DNA of 64,000 nt from Candidatus Saccharibacteria bacterium QS_5_54_17 (GTDB lineage Bacteria > Patescibacteriota > Saccharimonadia > QS-5-54-17), in contig PXOU01000018.1 of NCBI GenBank assembly GCA_003022365.1, positions 75,964 to 139,963 of the forward strand, given 5' to 3'. The first letter of the stretch is position 1, and the number at the start of each line of letters is the position of its first letter. Below the pieces are notes generated by a model. The model was given only the letters and a program-made list of their open reading frames with translations, did no database searches and was not told the origin of the DNA. A program made the translations under genes and the position numbers. Below, one piece after another: positions 52,991-62,521 of the stretch.

Positions 52991-53074
52991 AGGGGAGGCT
53001 CTTGGTGCCAAGCCAACAACCCTTACCGCGGTGGGTTCGGGGAATCATCCACGCGACTCCGAGCCCGGCCGAGA

Positions 53075-53635
53075 CTATTTGTTGAGTGAGTCTATGACGT
53101 CTTGGGCTCCCTCAACGCCGGATCGTAACGATTCGCGGACCTCATCGGCTGCCTCGTCGCCGACGTCCTGGGCGGCGTTCAGTGCGGCATTAACCCCGTC
53201 CTGTAAGGCTTGGGTCGTATCTCCACCCAGATTGGATACTGCTTCCACCGCGCCGTTGACGGATGAAACGGCCGTGTCTCCGACGGTCGCGTTAAGTTCC
53301 CCGGCACTGTGTACTGCCTGGCCGACGGAACTCTGAACGGCATCACCCTGGCTACCGCCTTCTTCCATAAAACCTTCTACGGCTCCGTTTACCACGCCTT
53401 TCACGGCGCCCACGACAGAACTGCCGATCTCGGCAACACCTTCCAGTGAACCTTTGACGACCGAGGCAGGCACATCCATGGCTTCTGAGACAAATTCACC
53501 GGTTTCCCGGATGGTCTCTACCGTAACGTTTTTGACGGCACCGACCGTTGAGCTTCCTACGTCCGAAGCGCCCTGCACCGTCGCCGTGACCGTGCTCTTG
53601 GCACTATTGGCTACTCGTGAGACAAATTGGAACAT
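53075..53635 (-). CDS. Hypothetical protein with amphipathic helical repeats
   Basis: V/A/G/S-rich with about 22-residue periodicity; GGAGG RBS. Confidence 0.75.
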   Translation of the reverse strand: MFQFVSRVANSAKSTVTATVQGASDVGSSTVGAVKNVTVETIRETGEFVSEAMDVPASVVKGSLEGVAEIGSSVVGAVKGVVNGAVEGFMEEGGSQGDAVQSSVGQAVHSAGELNATVGDTAVSSVNGAVEAVSNLGGDTTQALQDGVNAALNAAQDVGDEAADEVRESLRSGVEGAQDVIDSLNK

Positions 53636-53720
53636 ATGCTACCCTCCTGTTTATACCTGCATCGTAACATATACGTGGGGCCGAACGTAAACACGGGAGA
53701 CACCCAACAAAGGTCTCTCC

Positions 53721-54239
53721 TTAATCGATACCGCGTTCGGTGCTGTAATGTAGGTTGGTTCCGTGATGGCGCTGTTTGTACCGGCGGAAGACCAGATAAT
53801 ACAAAGCCAGTACGGCCTGTAAAAGCCCCATCAAGAAGGCGGTATTCCCCATCAGCGAGTTGGCCTCGGGTGAAACGGTGTACATAATCAGGTGTAACAA
53901 CATACCCGCCAGCAGCACCACGATGGTGAAGGTGACTGGCCGCAGCCGTAATGGTTTATGAAATAACATCCACCCGCCAACCCCCAGAAGCAGGATTCCC
54001 ACCGCTATACTCCCGTAGAAGAAGGTATTGGTGAGTACTGCGGCGTAATTAATGACATCCGGTGGCAAAATCACCTCATAGCCAGGTAAATTGGCAAACA
54101 CACCCGTGGAATCGCCTGCGGTGAAACTGGCTTGGTGAGGTGTTCCCTGGGTAAACATGCTGCGGACCAGCCGGAGCCACTGCAAGGCAACGATCCATTG
54201 TATAAATACGATCCATTTGTTGGGGGTGCTGTGATTCAT
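53721..54239 (-). CDS. Hypothetical four-TM membrane protein
   Basis: Four hydrophobic segments. Confidence 0.65.
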   Translation of the reverse strand: MNHSTPNKWIVFIQWIVALQWLRLVRSMFTQGTPHQASFTAGDSTGVFANLPGYEVILPPDVINYAAVLTNTFFYGSIAVGILLLGVGGWMLFHKPLRLRPVTFTIVVLLAGMLLHLIMYTVSPEANSLMGNTAFLMGLLQAVLALYYLVFRRYKQRHHGTNLHYSTERGID

Positions 54240-54370
54240 GGCAATGCCCTTGTACTTTCGGTAGTTGTTGGTAACCGTATTGTATCCTGAGCTCCTCTCA
54301 GCCGTCTATGTAAAACCGCCCGGAAACTTAAGAGATCCGTATCTATCTCATTTAATGGGTAGGCGGGGAT

Positions 54371-55543
54371 TTAGGGGCTGCAGCGGGCAGTGTCGACTGA
54401 ACTCCGATCGTCGGCATTTCCGGCCACCACCGGTTTTAAGGCTGCAGACGTCACGGCGTAGCCGGTGTTTTGGTCGCTGATTGACCGGGCGAATACCATG
54501 CCGATCACCGATCCCTGGGGTGTCACAACCGGGCCGCCGGAATTGCCGGAGACAACCTCCGCCTGCAATTCATACACCGGCCGCGTAACGGTCTGTTGGT
54601 TGTAAATGTCGCGCCCCGAAGCGTTGATATATTGCAACACACCGGTCGGCTCGGCATCGAGGCGGCCGCCTTCGGGATATCCCAGCGTCACGGCTTTCCT
54701 GCCGCGGTCGACGGTGTTTTCCACCAGCGACAACGGGGTGCCGGCTAATCCCTGGGCCCGCACCAGGGCGATGTCCCGGGCGGGATCAAAATAGATCGGA
54801 GTACCGGCGTGTGAACCGGCTTGGTCCACGATCACGGGGTCATCTATACCCGCTATCACGTGGGCGTTGGTCATGACGACGTTGGGTGCCACCATAAATC
54901 CGGATCCATTGACGATGCCGCCGCACCCACTGCTTTCCAGTCGGACGGTGGCGGCGCCAGCAGCATCCACAGCCGATTGGACCGCTGGTGAATCGGGTAA
55001 ATCAACCGGTTCGACCGGACGCGGCCCCAAGCCGGTAAAAACGCGGGGGAAGTCGGCCTGGTTAATCAACCCGCCCAATCGGGATACGGTGTTCGGCGCC
55101 GGCGGAAGCCTGTCGTTTAATGTCTGCAAAACCGCCGATTGCCGGATAGCCGTATTGACTCCTTGGAAGGGACCGGTAACCAATACGGCGGCCAGAAGCC
55201 ATACGATGAAAAGTCCCAACCCAACGCTGAACACCGCCCCCAGCACCGAATCCAGCGTACGCAGTTTGAACCGGCGGCTAACCTGGGATAGTGAAGAGCC
55301 GATTAACTCACCAATGGCCCCGCCCAGCAAGGCGACGGTGACGATCAGCGCCAAGGTTACCGCCAGTTTCTCCAGCGAGCCTTCCAACAAATTGATGACG
55401 TGCGGCGCCAGCCAAGCGCCGCCCAGTACGCCCAGCCAGAACCCCACCAGCGGGAAGATTCCTTGTATAAATCCTTGCTTGGCCCATCGGATGCTCTGGA
55501 TGAGGAGGATGAGAACGATAATGCCGTCAAGTATGTTAAACAT
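54371..55543 (-). CDS. MarP family serine protease (CvpA-like TM plus trypsin-like domain)
   Basis: LDGII N-terminus, GSGF, TNAHV, DIAL, GNSGGP, Cys pair. Confidence 0.92.
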   Translation of the reverse strand: MFNILDGIIVLILLIQSIRWAKQGFIQGIFPLVGFWLGVLGGAWLAPHVINLLEGSLEKLAVTLALIVTVALLGGAIGELIGSSLSQVSRRFKLRTLDSVLGAVFSVGLGLFIVWLLAAVLVTGPFQGVNTAIRQSAVLQTLNDRLPPAPNTVSRLGGLINQADFPRVFTGLGPRPVEPVDLPDSPAVQSAVDAAGAATVRLESSGCGGIVNGSGFMVAPNVVMTNAHVIAGIDDPVIVDQAGSHAGTPIYFDPARDIALVRAQGLAGTPLSLVENTVDRGRKAVTLGYPEGGRLDAEPTGVLQYINASGRDIYNQQTVTRPVYELQAEVVSGNSGGPVVTPQGSVIGMVFARSISDQNTGYAVTSAALKPVVAGNADDRSSVDTARCSP

Positions 55544-55591
55544 GGCCGCCCCTTTCCCGCCTATTATATGACGTTGAGCGCCAATCGAACA

Positions 55592-56128
55592 TTACCAGCG
55601 CTCGTCACTCACCAGCTGCGGATGAGAACCTAAGACACGCCAAAGCCCATGCCCGCTCAAGGCGACGGCGATTACCAAGGCCCCAATATGTATAAACGCG
55701 GACGCCCCAGCCGCTACCGTGGCGCCGCTCAGTGTCAACAGTGGCGTCAGGATCGACCCGCCGCAAACGGCACATCCCGAACCCAGCAACGCTATCGGGA
55801 GGCTTCCCCACCGGGCACGTTTCCCCTTTTCACCCCGGCGTTTTATATAGGTAAAGCTCATGATGTTCAACCCCAGTAGCAACGTAAATACCACGAACAA
55901 AAAACTCCGCAGTGAGGTAAAGGTTGTGGCGTAGACATGGAGCAAAGAACGCGGGAAAAATGCCGCCTTCTGGCCCGGCGTCAGCGAAGTATTAGACAAG
56001 ACGTGCACGATCAACTCCAGATTGAAAAACCATATCAAGACAAACCCCGCGGCCCCGGCCACGGCGATGCATAATCCGCTATAGGCGGGTTTCTTGAGCA
56101 TGTCAGCGAGTAAACGGAGACGCCGCAT
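55592..56128 (-). CDS. Membrane protein with CxxC motif
   Basis: Four TMs; LGSGCAVCGGSIL. Confidence 0.7.
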   Translation of the reverse strand: MRRLRLLADMLKKPAYSGLCIAVAGAAGFVLIWFFNLELIVHVLSNTSLTPGQKAAFFPRSLLHVYATTFTSLRSFLFVVFTLLLGLNIMSFTYIKRRGEKGKRARWGSLPIALLGSGCAVCGGSILTPLLTLSGATVAAGASAFIHIGALVIAVALSGHGLWRVLGSHPQLVSDERW

Positions 56129-56257
56129 ACTCATCAACTATACGCCACATGCCCAAACGAGGGAATGCATCATACATACCAGGCGAACGCTGCCGCGGTA
56201 GGCCCGGTCGGTGCCGCGCCTCGACTCCCGGGGTTGGCGAAATTACACACACGGAGG

Positions 56258-56488
56258 TTAGACGCCCAGTATGTCGGCCAACGTATCTTTGGCAAAACCG
56301 AGAATAAATCGCCCGTCCACCCGCGTCACCGGAACGCCCATCTGGCCCGTTGCTTCCACGATGTATTGGGCTGCCTCCCGGTCCCGGGACACATCGATTT
56401 CGGAGTAGGCGACATTTTTTTTGTCCAGAAACTGCTTTAACTGGTGGCAATGCAGGCAGGTCGGCGTGGTGTAGACCGTGACATCCAT
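56258..56488 (-). CDS. Glutaredoxin-like (NrdH-redoxin)
   Basis: YTTPTCLHC, TGQMGVPV, GF. Confidence 0.92.
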   Translation of the reverse strand: MDVTVYTTPTCLHCHQLKQFLDKKNVAYSEIDVSRDREAAQYIVEATGQMGVPVTRVDGRFILGFAKDTLADILGV

Positions 56489-56509
56489 ACCATTATCTCC
56501 TCGGGGGTG

Positions 56510-56953
56510 TTACTCGACAATCACGGTACCTTTGTCAGAAGGCCTCAGGTGATTGTGGTAACTCCATTCGCCTTTTTTTTGGAATTGGTAACTATAGCTG
56601 GCACCCTCATCCACCCCTTCGCGTTGATCAAAGCCGGGCAGTTGGTTATGGGTGGGGTGTACGCTGGAGGCAACCCACATCTTTTCCTGAGATTTGTTAG
56701 TCCAAGTAACAGTTTCCCCTTGTTCGATGGTGATAGTCTCCGGCGAAAATCCCTCATTGGTGAAGGCCACCGCATGCTCTGATGGTTGCTCGTTATTCTG
56801 TGCTTGGCGGTCACCGTTGGTCTGATCGGAAGACTGGCTGGTTTCTGCTCGGCTGGAAGTATCACCACCGTCGTTGTTTCCGGTCTGAGTAAACGCCCAT
56901 ACCCCGACACCGAGCACCACTACCGCGGCTACCCCGAGTAATATCTTTGCCAT
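56510..56953 (-). CDS. Membrane-anchored cupredoxin-fold protein
   Basis: FSPETITIEQGETVTWTN, HPTH, G.W.YHNH, GTVIVE. Confidence 0.85.
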   Translation of the reverse strand: MAKILLGVAAVVVLGVGVWAFTQTGNNDGGDTSSRAETSQSSDQTNGDRQAQNNEQPSEHAVAFTNEGFSPETITIEQGETVTWTNKSQEKMWVASSVHPTHNQLPGFDQREGVDEGASYSYQFQKKGEWSYHNHLRPSDKGTVIVE

Positions 56954-57130
56954 GCCTGCCCCTCCTTCCGAGTGCTTGATTTAAATGCGCTTGGGGTATT
57001 ATAGCACGTCATCGGGACCGGAACTATTGGGGCTCAGGCAATCAGCACGCCGGCGAGCTTGACCTTCACGCCTCCCCACATCAGGGGACCTTGCTATTTC
57101 CCGCCAAGATTTTCAACGATGTTGAGGGTA

Positions 57131-57784
57131 TTAATCACAGGTAATTTGCTGGGACTTCTCATCGGAAATGGTGTAGAGATCGACGTGGTAGTGCGGCTCA
57201 GGATAGCCGGCATGCCCTTCTGACAAAAGCCCGACGTCTACATGGTCATAGCGGGCGTTCATCAGATCCAAATTGGTAAAGTCCTGCCCGCCCAGAAATT
57301 CTTCCTTGCCGAGCATATACTCCACACTGGTAATTTCCCCGTTCCACACGCCATACACGGGCCCTTTGGGAAGATTCTCCGAAAGCACATACTGTTTGCC
57401 CCGGCCCTCAGCGCATTCGTTGATAACCTCTGCTTCCCTGGGGACTTCCAGCTGGTTACCATCAGCTACTTGGGTTTGGGTTTCCCGCTCCTGCTGCTGT
57501 ACTACCGAGAAATCGGTCATTTCCGCTGCTACCCATCCGCCGCCGAAGCCGACAATCAGCATCAGAATGCCCACCAGAACACCTATAACACCCGGTATCA
57601 TCCACGACCGACCACGCGGATGGTTGTCGCTGCTCACCTGGCCAGAAGCAGGAGGCTTTTGGCCCGTTGCCTCCGGCGTGGATGTGGGATCCGAATCGAC
57701 CGGTTCCCGATTTTCTTCGGTATGTTCGGTGCGGTTTTCTTCTGCCCGGTTTTGGTCCGATTGATTCCAGTTTTCGTTTGCCAT
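57131..57784 (-). CDS. Membrane-anchored hypothetical protein with His-rich C-terminal motif
   Basis: Acidic N-terminus, TM, GHAGYPEPHYHVDLY. Confidence 0.75.
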   Translation of the reverse strand: MANENWNQSDQNRAEENRTEHTEENREPVDSDPTSTPEATGQKPPASGQVSSDNHPRGRSWMIPGVIGVLVGILMLIVGFGGGWVAAEMTDFSVVQQQERETQTQVADGNQLEVPREAEVINECAEGRGKQYVLSENLPKGPVYGVWNGEITSVEYMLGKEEFLGGQDFTNLDLMNARYDHVDVGLLSEGHAGYPEPHYHVDLYTISDEKSQQITCD

Positions 57785-57861
57785 ATACTAGGGAGCATAA
57801 GCAAAATGTGGTTGTCTGTCAAGTTATAGGCTGGCTGGCGCCACCGAATACACGAATATGT

Positions 57862-60204
57862 ATGAAGAAACCTACGACGGGCCTCCGACTTCCCAAAAGT
57901 AAGCTGACCATAAGCCGTCAGGCCATAATTCTGTTTATACTCATTTCCGTCACCCCCGTGATCGCGCTGAATACCTATTGGCTTGATTCCCAACAGGAAG
58001 TGCTCCGGGAGCAAGCCGAGCAACGGCAGTTGCTGCGGACGGAAGCGGCCGCGGACCGGGCTGATAATTTCATGTCCCAGAAAGTCAAAGCGCTGATCCT
58101 GCATTCACAAAGTACCAGCATATTGCGGGGAGACGTCGACAAAGCGCGCGTGCAGCTGCGCAACTACATCAAGCAGGATCAAAACATCGAAAAAGTTGAG
58201 TGGTTAGGCGACAATGGCCAAACGCGGCTGGCGCTGGAGACCCAGGATACTCCGCTCACCCAAGATAACAGTTTCGACACCCAGGAAGCGTTTCGATTGG
58301 TAACCTTTTTAGGCGGCAAAGAATACATTAGCCCGGTCACCTACATCAACAACGACCCCTACACCCAGATTGCCGTGCCGGTGGTTACCTTCACCACGGC
58401 CCAGGATTTTTCCCATCTGAGTACCTCCGAAGAGGGCGTGATACGCAGTCCCGAAGATATCAACGGCGCGCTGATGGTGACCGTCAATTTGCATCAATTG
58501 TGGACTACGGTTTTCCAGCAAGAAGCGGATTCCCCGACTACTTCCTATATCGTGGATAGCCAAAAACACTTGATCGGGCACCCGGATCAGCAGTTCGCGA
58601 ATCGGCGAACCGACCTAGCTGAGCAGTCAATTATCAATGATTTCGTCGACGCGTCCAGTCCGGAGGAGACACAAACTACCGAAGCCAAGGGTATTAACGG
58701 GGAGCCGGTGCTGGCCAGTCACGCGGCAATCCCGACCACTTCCTGGTCGGTCATTACCGAGGAACCGTTGGCCAACGTCAGTCAGTCGGCCGATCAGGTA
58801 GCCACTATGGTGTGGATGTTAAATGTCGCGTTAGTCATCATTGCCATTGCGCTGAGTTATGTGTTTACCCGCCGCATCACCAAACCGGTACAAAAACTGG
58901 TAGCCGGTGCCAATCAGATCGGCCAAGGCAATCTCGACACCCGCATTCACCTGGAGCGCAACGACGAAATGGGCACCTTAGCCGAAAGCATTAATAACAT
59001 GAGCGGACGCATCGAATCCCTGGTGGAGCACATCAACACTGAGCGGCACCAGTTGGACGTGGTACTCAACAGTATTAATGAAAGCGTCTTCGCCCTTGAT
59101 AAGAACGGGTCCATCCTGCTCGCCAACGATCCGGCATTGCAGTTGTTCGACGTCTCCTCCAGCCAAATCATCGGGACCCCGTTTGCCGACATCGCCAGCT
59201 TCAAGCGGGACCTGGCCGACGTTGATATCGACGTGCACAATACCGACGATGAAAACAAAACCGCCGAGTATAAAAACGTCAAGTTCGTCGACTCCGAGGA
59301 CAAGGAACGGTTCGTCGACGTATTAGTGGCCCGGGTACCGCAAACGGCAGGCGGCGAGAACGAACGGACCATCCAATACTTGGTAACCGTCATCGATCAA
59401 ACCCATGCCCGGGAACTGGAGGCCATGAAGATCGACTTCGTCTCCATGGCGGCCCATGAACTCAGGACCCCATTAACCGCCATACGCGGCTACATGGAAT
59501 TGATTCTCAACGACCCCAATACTGAACTGTCTGATCAGTTCCGCCAATACCTGTTGCAGGGATACGAGAGCACCGTCCAATTATCCGGCTTAATAAATAA
59601 CCTGTTGAACGTATCCAAGATCGAGCGGAACGCGCTGCAGATGTCGATGGAAAAACTGGATATCGCCAAAATGATTTCCTCCAATGTCCGGAACCAACAG
59701 TTCGCCGCCGAGAAGTCACAAGTGACGCTTACCTATGACGGCCCGGACTCTGAGGTGTATGTGGTCGGAGACATCACTGCCTTACGTGAAGTTGTCGACA
59801 ATTTGATTTCCAACGCGCTGCATTATACCTCGGAAGGTGGCCAGGTGACCGTTGAGCTTGAAACCGAAGACGACGAAGATAACGTCACCGTCAGCGTAAC
59901 CGATACGGGTATCGGGATCCCCGAAGACACCGTCGACAATCTATTTACCAAATTCTACCGGGTCCATGGGGGATTGGCGACCGGAAGCGGCGGCTCGGGC
60001 CTCGGTTTGTACATTTCCAAATCGATCGTGGAGTCCCATGGTGGTACAATATGGGTGGAATCGACGGAAAACGTCGGCTCGACCTTCAGTTTCCGGCTGC
60101 CGGTGTATACGGAAGACCGATACAAGGAAGCTCAAGGTGACGAAGCCGGGGAAAACAACGTAAGGAGAGAGCATGGCTGGACTACAAAAAATTCTTCTAG
60201 TTGA
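57862..60204 (+). CDS. Cache/HAMP/PAS sensor histidine kinase
   Basis: Two TMs, HAMP (PVQKL..DEMGTLA), AHELRTP, NLISNA, DTGIGI, GSGLGL. Confidence 0.94.
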   Translation: MKKPTTGLRLPKSKLTISRQAIILFILISVTPVIALNTYWLDSQQEVLREQAEQRQLLRTEAAADRADNFMSQKVKALILHSQSTSILRGDVDKARVQLRNYIKQDQNIEKVEWLGDNGQTRLALETQDTPLTQDNSFDTQEAFRLVTFLGGKEYISPVTYINNDPYTQIAVPVVTFTTAQDFSHLSTSEEGVIRSPEDINGALMVTVNLHQLWTTVFQQEADSPTTSYIVDSQKHLIGHPDQQFANRRTDLAEQSIINDFVDASSPEETQTTEAKGINGEPVLASHAAIPTTSWSVITEEPLANVSQSADQVATMVWMLNVALVIIAIALSYVFTRRITKPVQKLVAGANQIGQGNLDTRIHLERNDEMGTLAESINNMSGRIESLVEHINTERHQLDVVLNSINESVFALDKNGSILLANDPALQLFDVSSSQIIGTPFADIASFKRDLADVDIDVHNTDDENKTAEYKNVKFVDSEDKERFVDVLVARVPQTAGGENERTIQYLVTVIDQTHARELEAMKIDFVSMAAHELRTPLTAIRGYMELILNDPNTELSDQFRQYLLQGYESTVQLSGLINNLLNVSKIERNALQMSMEKLDIAKMISSNVRNQQFAAEKSQVTLTYDGPDSEVYVVGDITALREVVDNLISNALHYTSEGGQVTVELETEDDEDNVTVSVTDTGIGIPEDTVDNLFTKFYRVHGGLATGSGGSGLGLYISKSIVESHGGTIWVESTENVGSTFSFRLPVYTEDRYKEAQGDEAGENNVRREHGWTTKNSSS

Positions 60205-60568
60205 GGATAATCCGCAGATACAAGAGATCTATTCGGTCACCCTGTCGGCCAACCATTATGAGGTTGCCGTTTCCCAGGATGGGGAAAGCGCCTTGCAGAA
60301 GGCGGCTGAGTTCCGACCCGATTTGGTTTTCCTGGATATCATGATGCCGGGTATGAACGGATTAGAGGTCCTCTCAGAGTTACGGGAAAAACCCGAGTAT
60401 GGGTGCCAGGACGCCAAAATCGTCATCCTGACCAATCTGGGCCAGGACGAGCGCGTCGATGACGCCTGGCAAAAGATGGCCGATGGCTATGTCGTCAAAT
60501 CCGAGATCAAAACCAACGAGATATTCGATGTCATTCAATCACTTGAATCGGCAGAGGCCGGATCGTAG
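60173..60568 (+). CDS. Single-domain response regulator
   Basis: LLVEDN, FLDIMMP, ILTN, VK. Confidence 0.92.
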   Translation: MAGLQKILLVEDNPQIQEIYSVTLSANHYEVAVSQDGESALQKAAEFRPDLVFLDIMMPGMNGLEVLSELREKPEYGCQDAKIVILTNLGQDERVDDAWQKMADGYVVKSEIKTNEIFDVIQSLESAEAGS

Positions 60569-60717
60569 GATACCTCTCCCTCGGGCGAGGCGAATCAATA
60601 ACCAGGGCATCCCTCGCCACCGTGGCGGGCGCATCCAAAGGATTCGATGAATCCCAGCTGCTGCCGATTTGCCAGAAATATAACCGGGGGTATGTTCCCG
60701 CTTGGTAAATCGGGCGC

Positions 60718-61629
60718 TTATACCCCCGTCGTGCATCGGTAATGGGTTTGCTCGGCGCTGGACATGTTCCGGGTAAGCCAGAATCCCGAAGCCAGCAGCA
60801 AGGTGCCGCCGTAGATAATATTTTCTGAGGGTACTTCACCGAATATGAGAAAGCCGAAAAATGCCGCCACGATGGGTGAGACGACGATATCGACCAAGGA
60901 ATAGACGTTGGCGTCGATGGTTTTTAACACCACACTGATGAACAAGTAAGCGATACCGGTCGATATGACCCCGAGCGAGATTACCCACAGCAATACCGGT
61001 ACCTGCAAACCGAATAAGGCGTTGCTGCTGGCGGCGAACACCGCCCCCGGGCCGAAAATGAATACCGCCGGACTCAGCAGTATGGTGGCGGCTACCATGA
61101 ACCAGAACACGTCGTTGGTGGATTCGGTGTTGCGTTCGTGGCGCATATAGGTGACCAACCCGGCGTAAATCGCCCCGTCTCCGAGCGCGATTAAATTGCC
61201 CAGCATGGCTTCGGGTTGGAACGGTTCGGCAATCAGTAAACCGACAAACGCCAGCATAAAGATAATCACATGTTGCTTTTTGGCCTTCTCTCCCAGGAAT
61301 AACCAGGAGAATATAAACACGAAGAACGGGGCGACGCTCCAGAAGATAACCACGTTAGCGATGGGTGCCAGACTCATGGCGATGTTGAAGAAACTGATTT
61401 GGGCCGCGATCAGGATGCCGACGATGATGATATCCCGGAGATTTTGCCTCGGGAATCGCCAGAAAGACGTGTTGATGAGAGTCATGGCAACCCCCAAAAA
61501 CAGTGCCGCGAACAGTACCCGGTAAAAGTTCAAAGTAAATATGGGCACCGCCTCACCGGTAAGCTTGACAAAGACCCCAATGGTGGCTTCAGCCAGCGTT
61601 ACGGCCAGCAGTGACAAAAAGGTTTTCAT
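60718..61629 (-). CDS. EamA/DMT family transporter
   Basis: About ten TMs in two repeats; FYR, AP..LGEK, FGEVP. Confidence 0.9.
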   Translation of the reverse strand: MKTFLSLLAVTLAEATIGVFVKLTGEAVPIFTLNFYRVLFAALFLGVAMTLINTSFWRFPRQNLRDIIIVGILIAAQISFFNIAMSLAPIANVVIFWSVAPFFVFIFSWLFLGEKAKKQHVIIFMLAFVGLLIAEPFQPEAMLGNLIALGDGAIYAGLVTYMRHERNTESTNDVFWFMVAATILLSPAVFIFGPGAVFAASSNALFGLQVPVLLWVISLGVISTGIAYLFISVVLKTIDANVYSLVDIVVSPIVAAFFGFLIFGEVPSENIIYGGTLLLASGFWLTRNMSSAEQTHYRCTTGV

Positions 61630-61718
61630 GATAGGAGTAATCTCGCCGGTTTTGGTGTCCGCTGCTGTGGCATACAATGAGCATCACACGTTTCCAGGAG
61701 AGGGTCAAGGAGTTTTCA

Positions 61719-62105
61719 TATAGTCTCCCGGCAGCAGCACGCAGACAGCAGACAGCAGTCAGGGAGTGAGAAGCAACAAACTCTGAAGATATCATCCTGA
61801 ACCTGCCTTGCCGGTAGGCAGGCTTGGTTCAGGATCGTTTTTAAAATCAGCTTCAGAACCATATCGGCTTAATGGATTCGGGGCTCGGGGACCGGAATGA
61901 CAGAGAGGCTTTGCATTTTTCCACTTACTTCTTGCTTCTTACTGCTTACTGCTTGCTTCCTGTTCCTGTCATCCTGAATTTATTTCAGGATCTATCTAAA
62001 TTAGCAGTGATATCCGAAACTGATCCCGGATCGGGGTCATAGCCTGTCCTGAACTTGTTTCAGGAATGACGTCTTGGCAATGACAAGGAGGTGTTCAATA
62101 TGTTT
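61719..62105 (+). repeat. Composite REP/MITE-like element, copy 5
   Basis: TATAGTCTCCCGGC start, heptamer arms, REP palindromes, ends GGAGGTGTTCAATA. Confidence 0.85.
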
Positions 62106-62137
62106 CTGAACCTATGCAGGAGTTTCCGGGCGTGGTG

Positions 62138-62491
62138 TTACCCGATCAAACTCCCCAAGACCAGTGTCAAAGCCAGCATAAACCCGAGCGAGATGCATAT
62201 AATGGCCAACACCGGCATGACCGCATACGCCAACACTCCGACCAGAAATAATTCGGGCAGGGCGGCCAGAATCGCGGCGCCCGAAGAATGGCTGAATCTG
62301 TAAATCATAAGCGGCAGGGCGATTATTAGAGCCAGGGAGAGGGGAACCGCCAGCCACGGGTCAGTTTCCAGGAAGTGTTGCCACGTTTTGGTGCCGCTCT
62401 GATGGGATTGATCGGCGTGGGCGGTGAATTGCCACAGGGTGAGACGCAACATGACAACGTCATGGTAAAACCCATCCGGCGTTTGGGCCAA
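62138..62491 (-). CDS. Small membrane protein
   Basis: Three hydrophobic segments; start uncertain. Confidence 0.55.
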   Translation of the reverse strand: MAQTPDGFYHDVVMLRLTLWQFTAHADQSHQSGTKTWQHFLETDPWLAVPLSLALIIALPLMIYRFSHSSGAAILAALPELFLVGVLAYAVMPVLAIICISLGFMLALTLVLGSLIG

Positions 62492-62521
62492 TTCTCGGGA
62501 GAACCCCCGCTCCCGTTTCGA

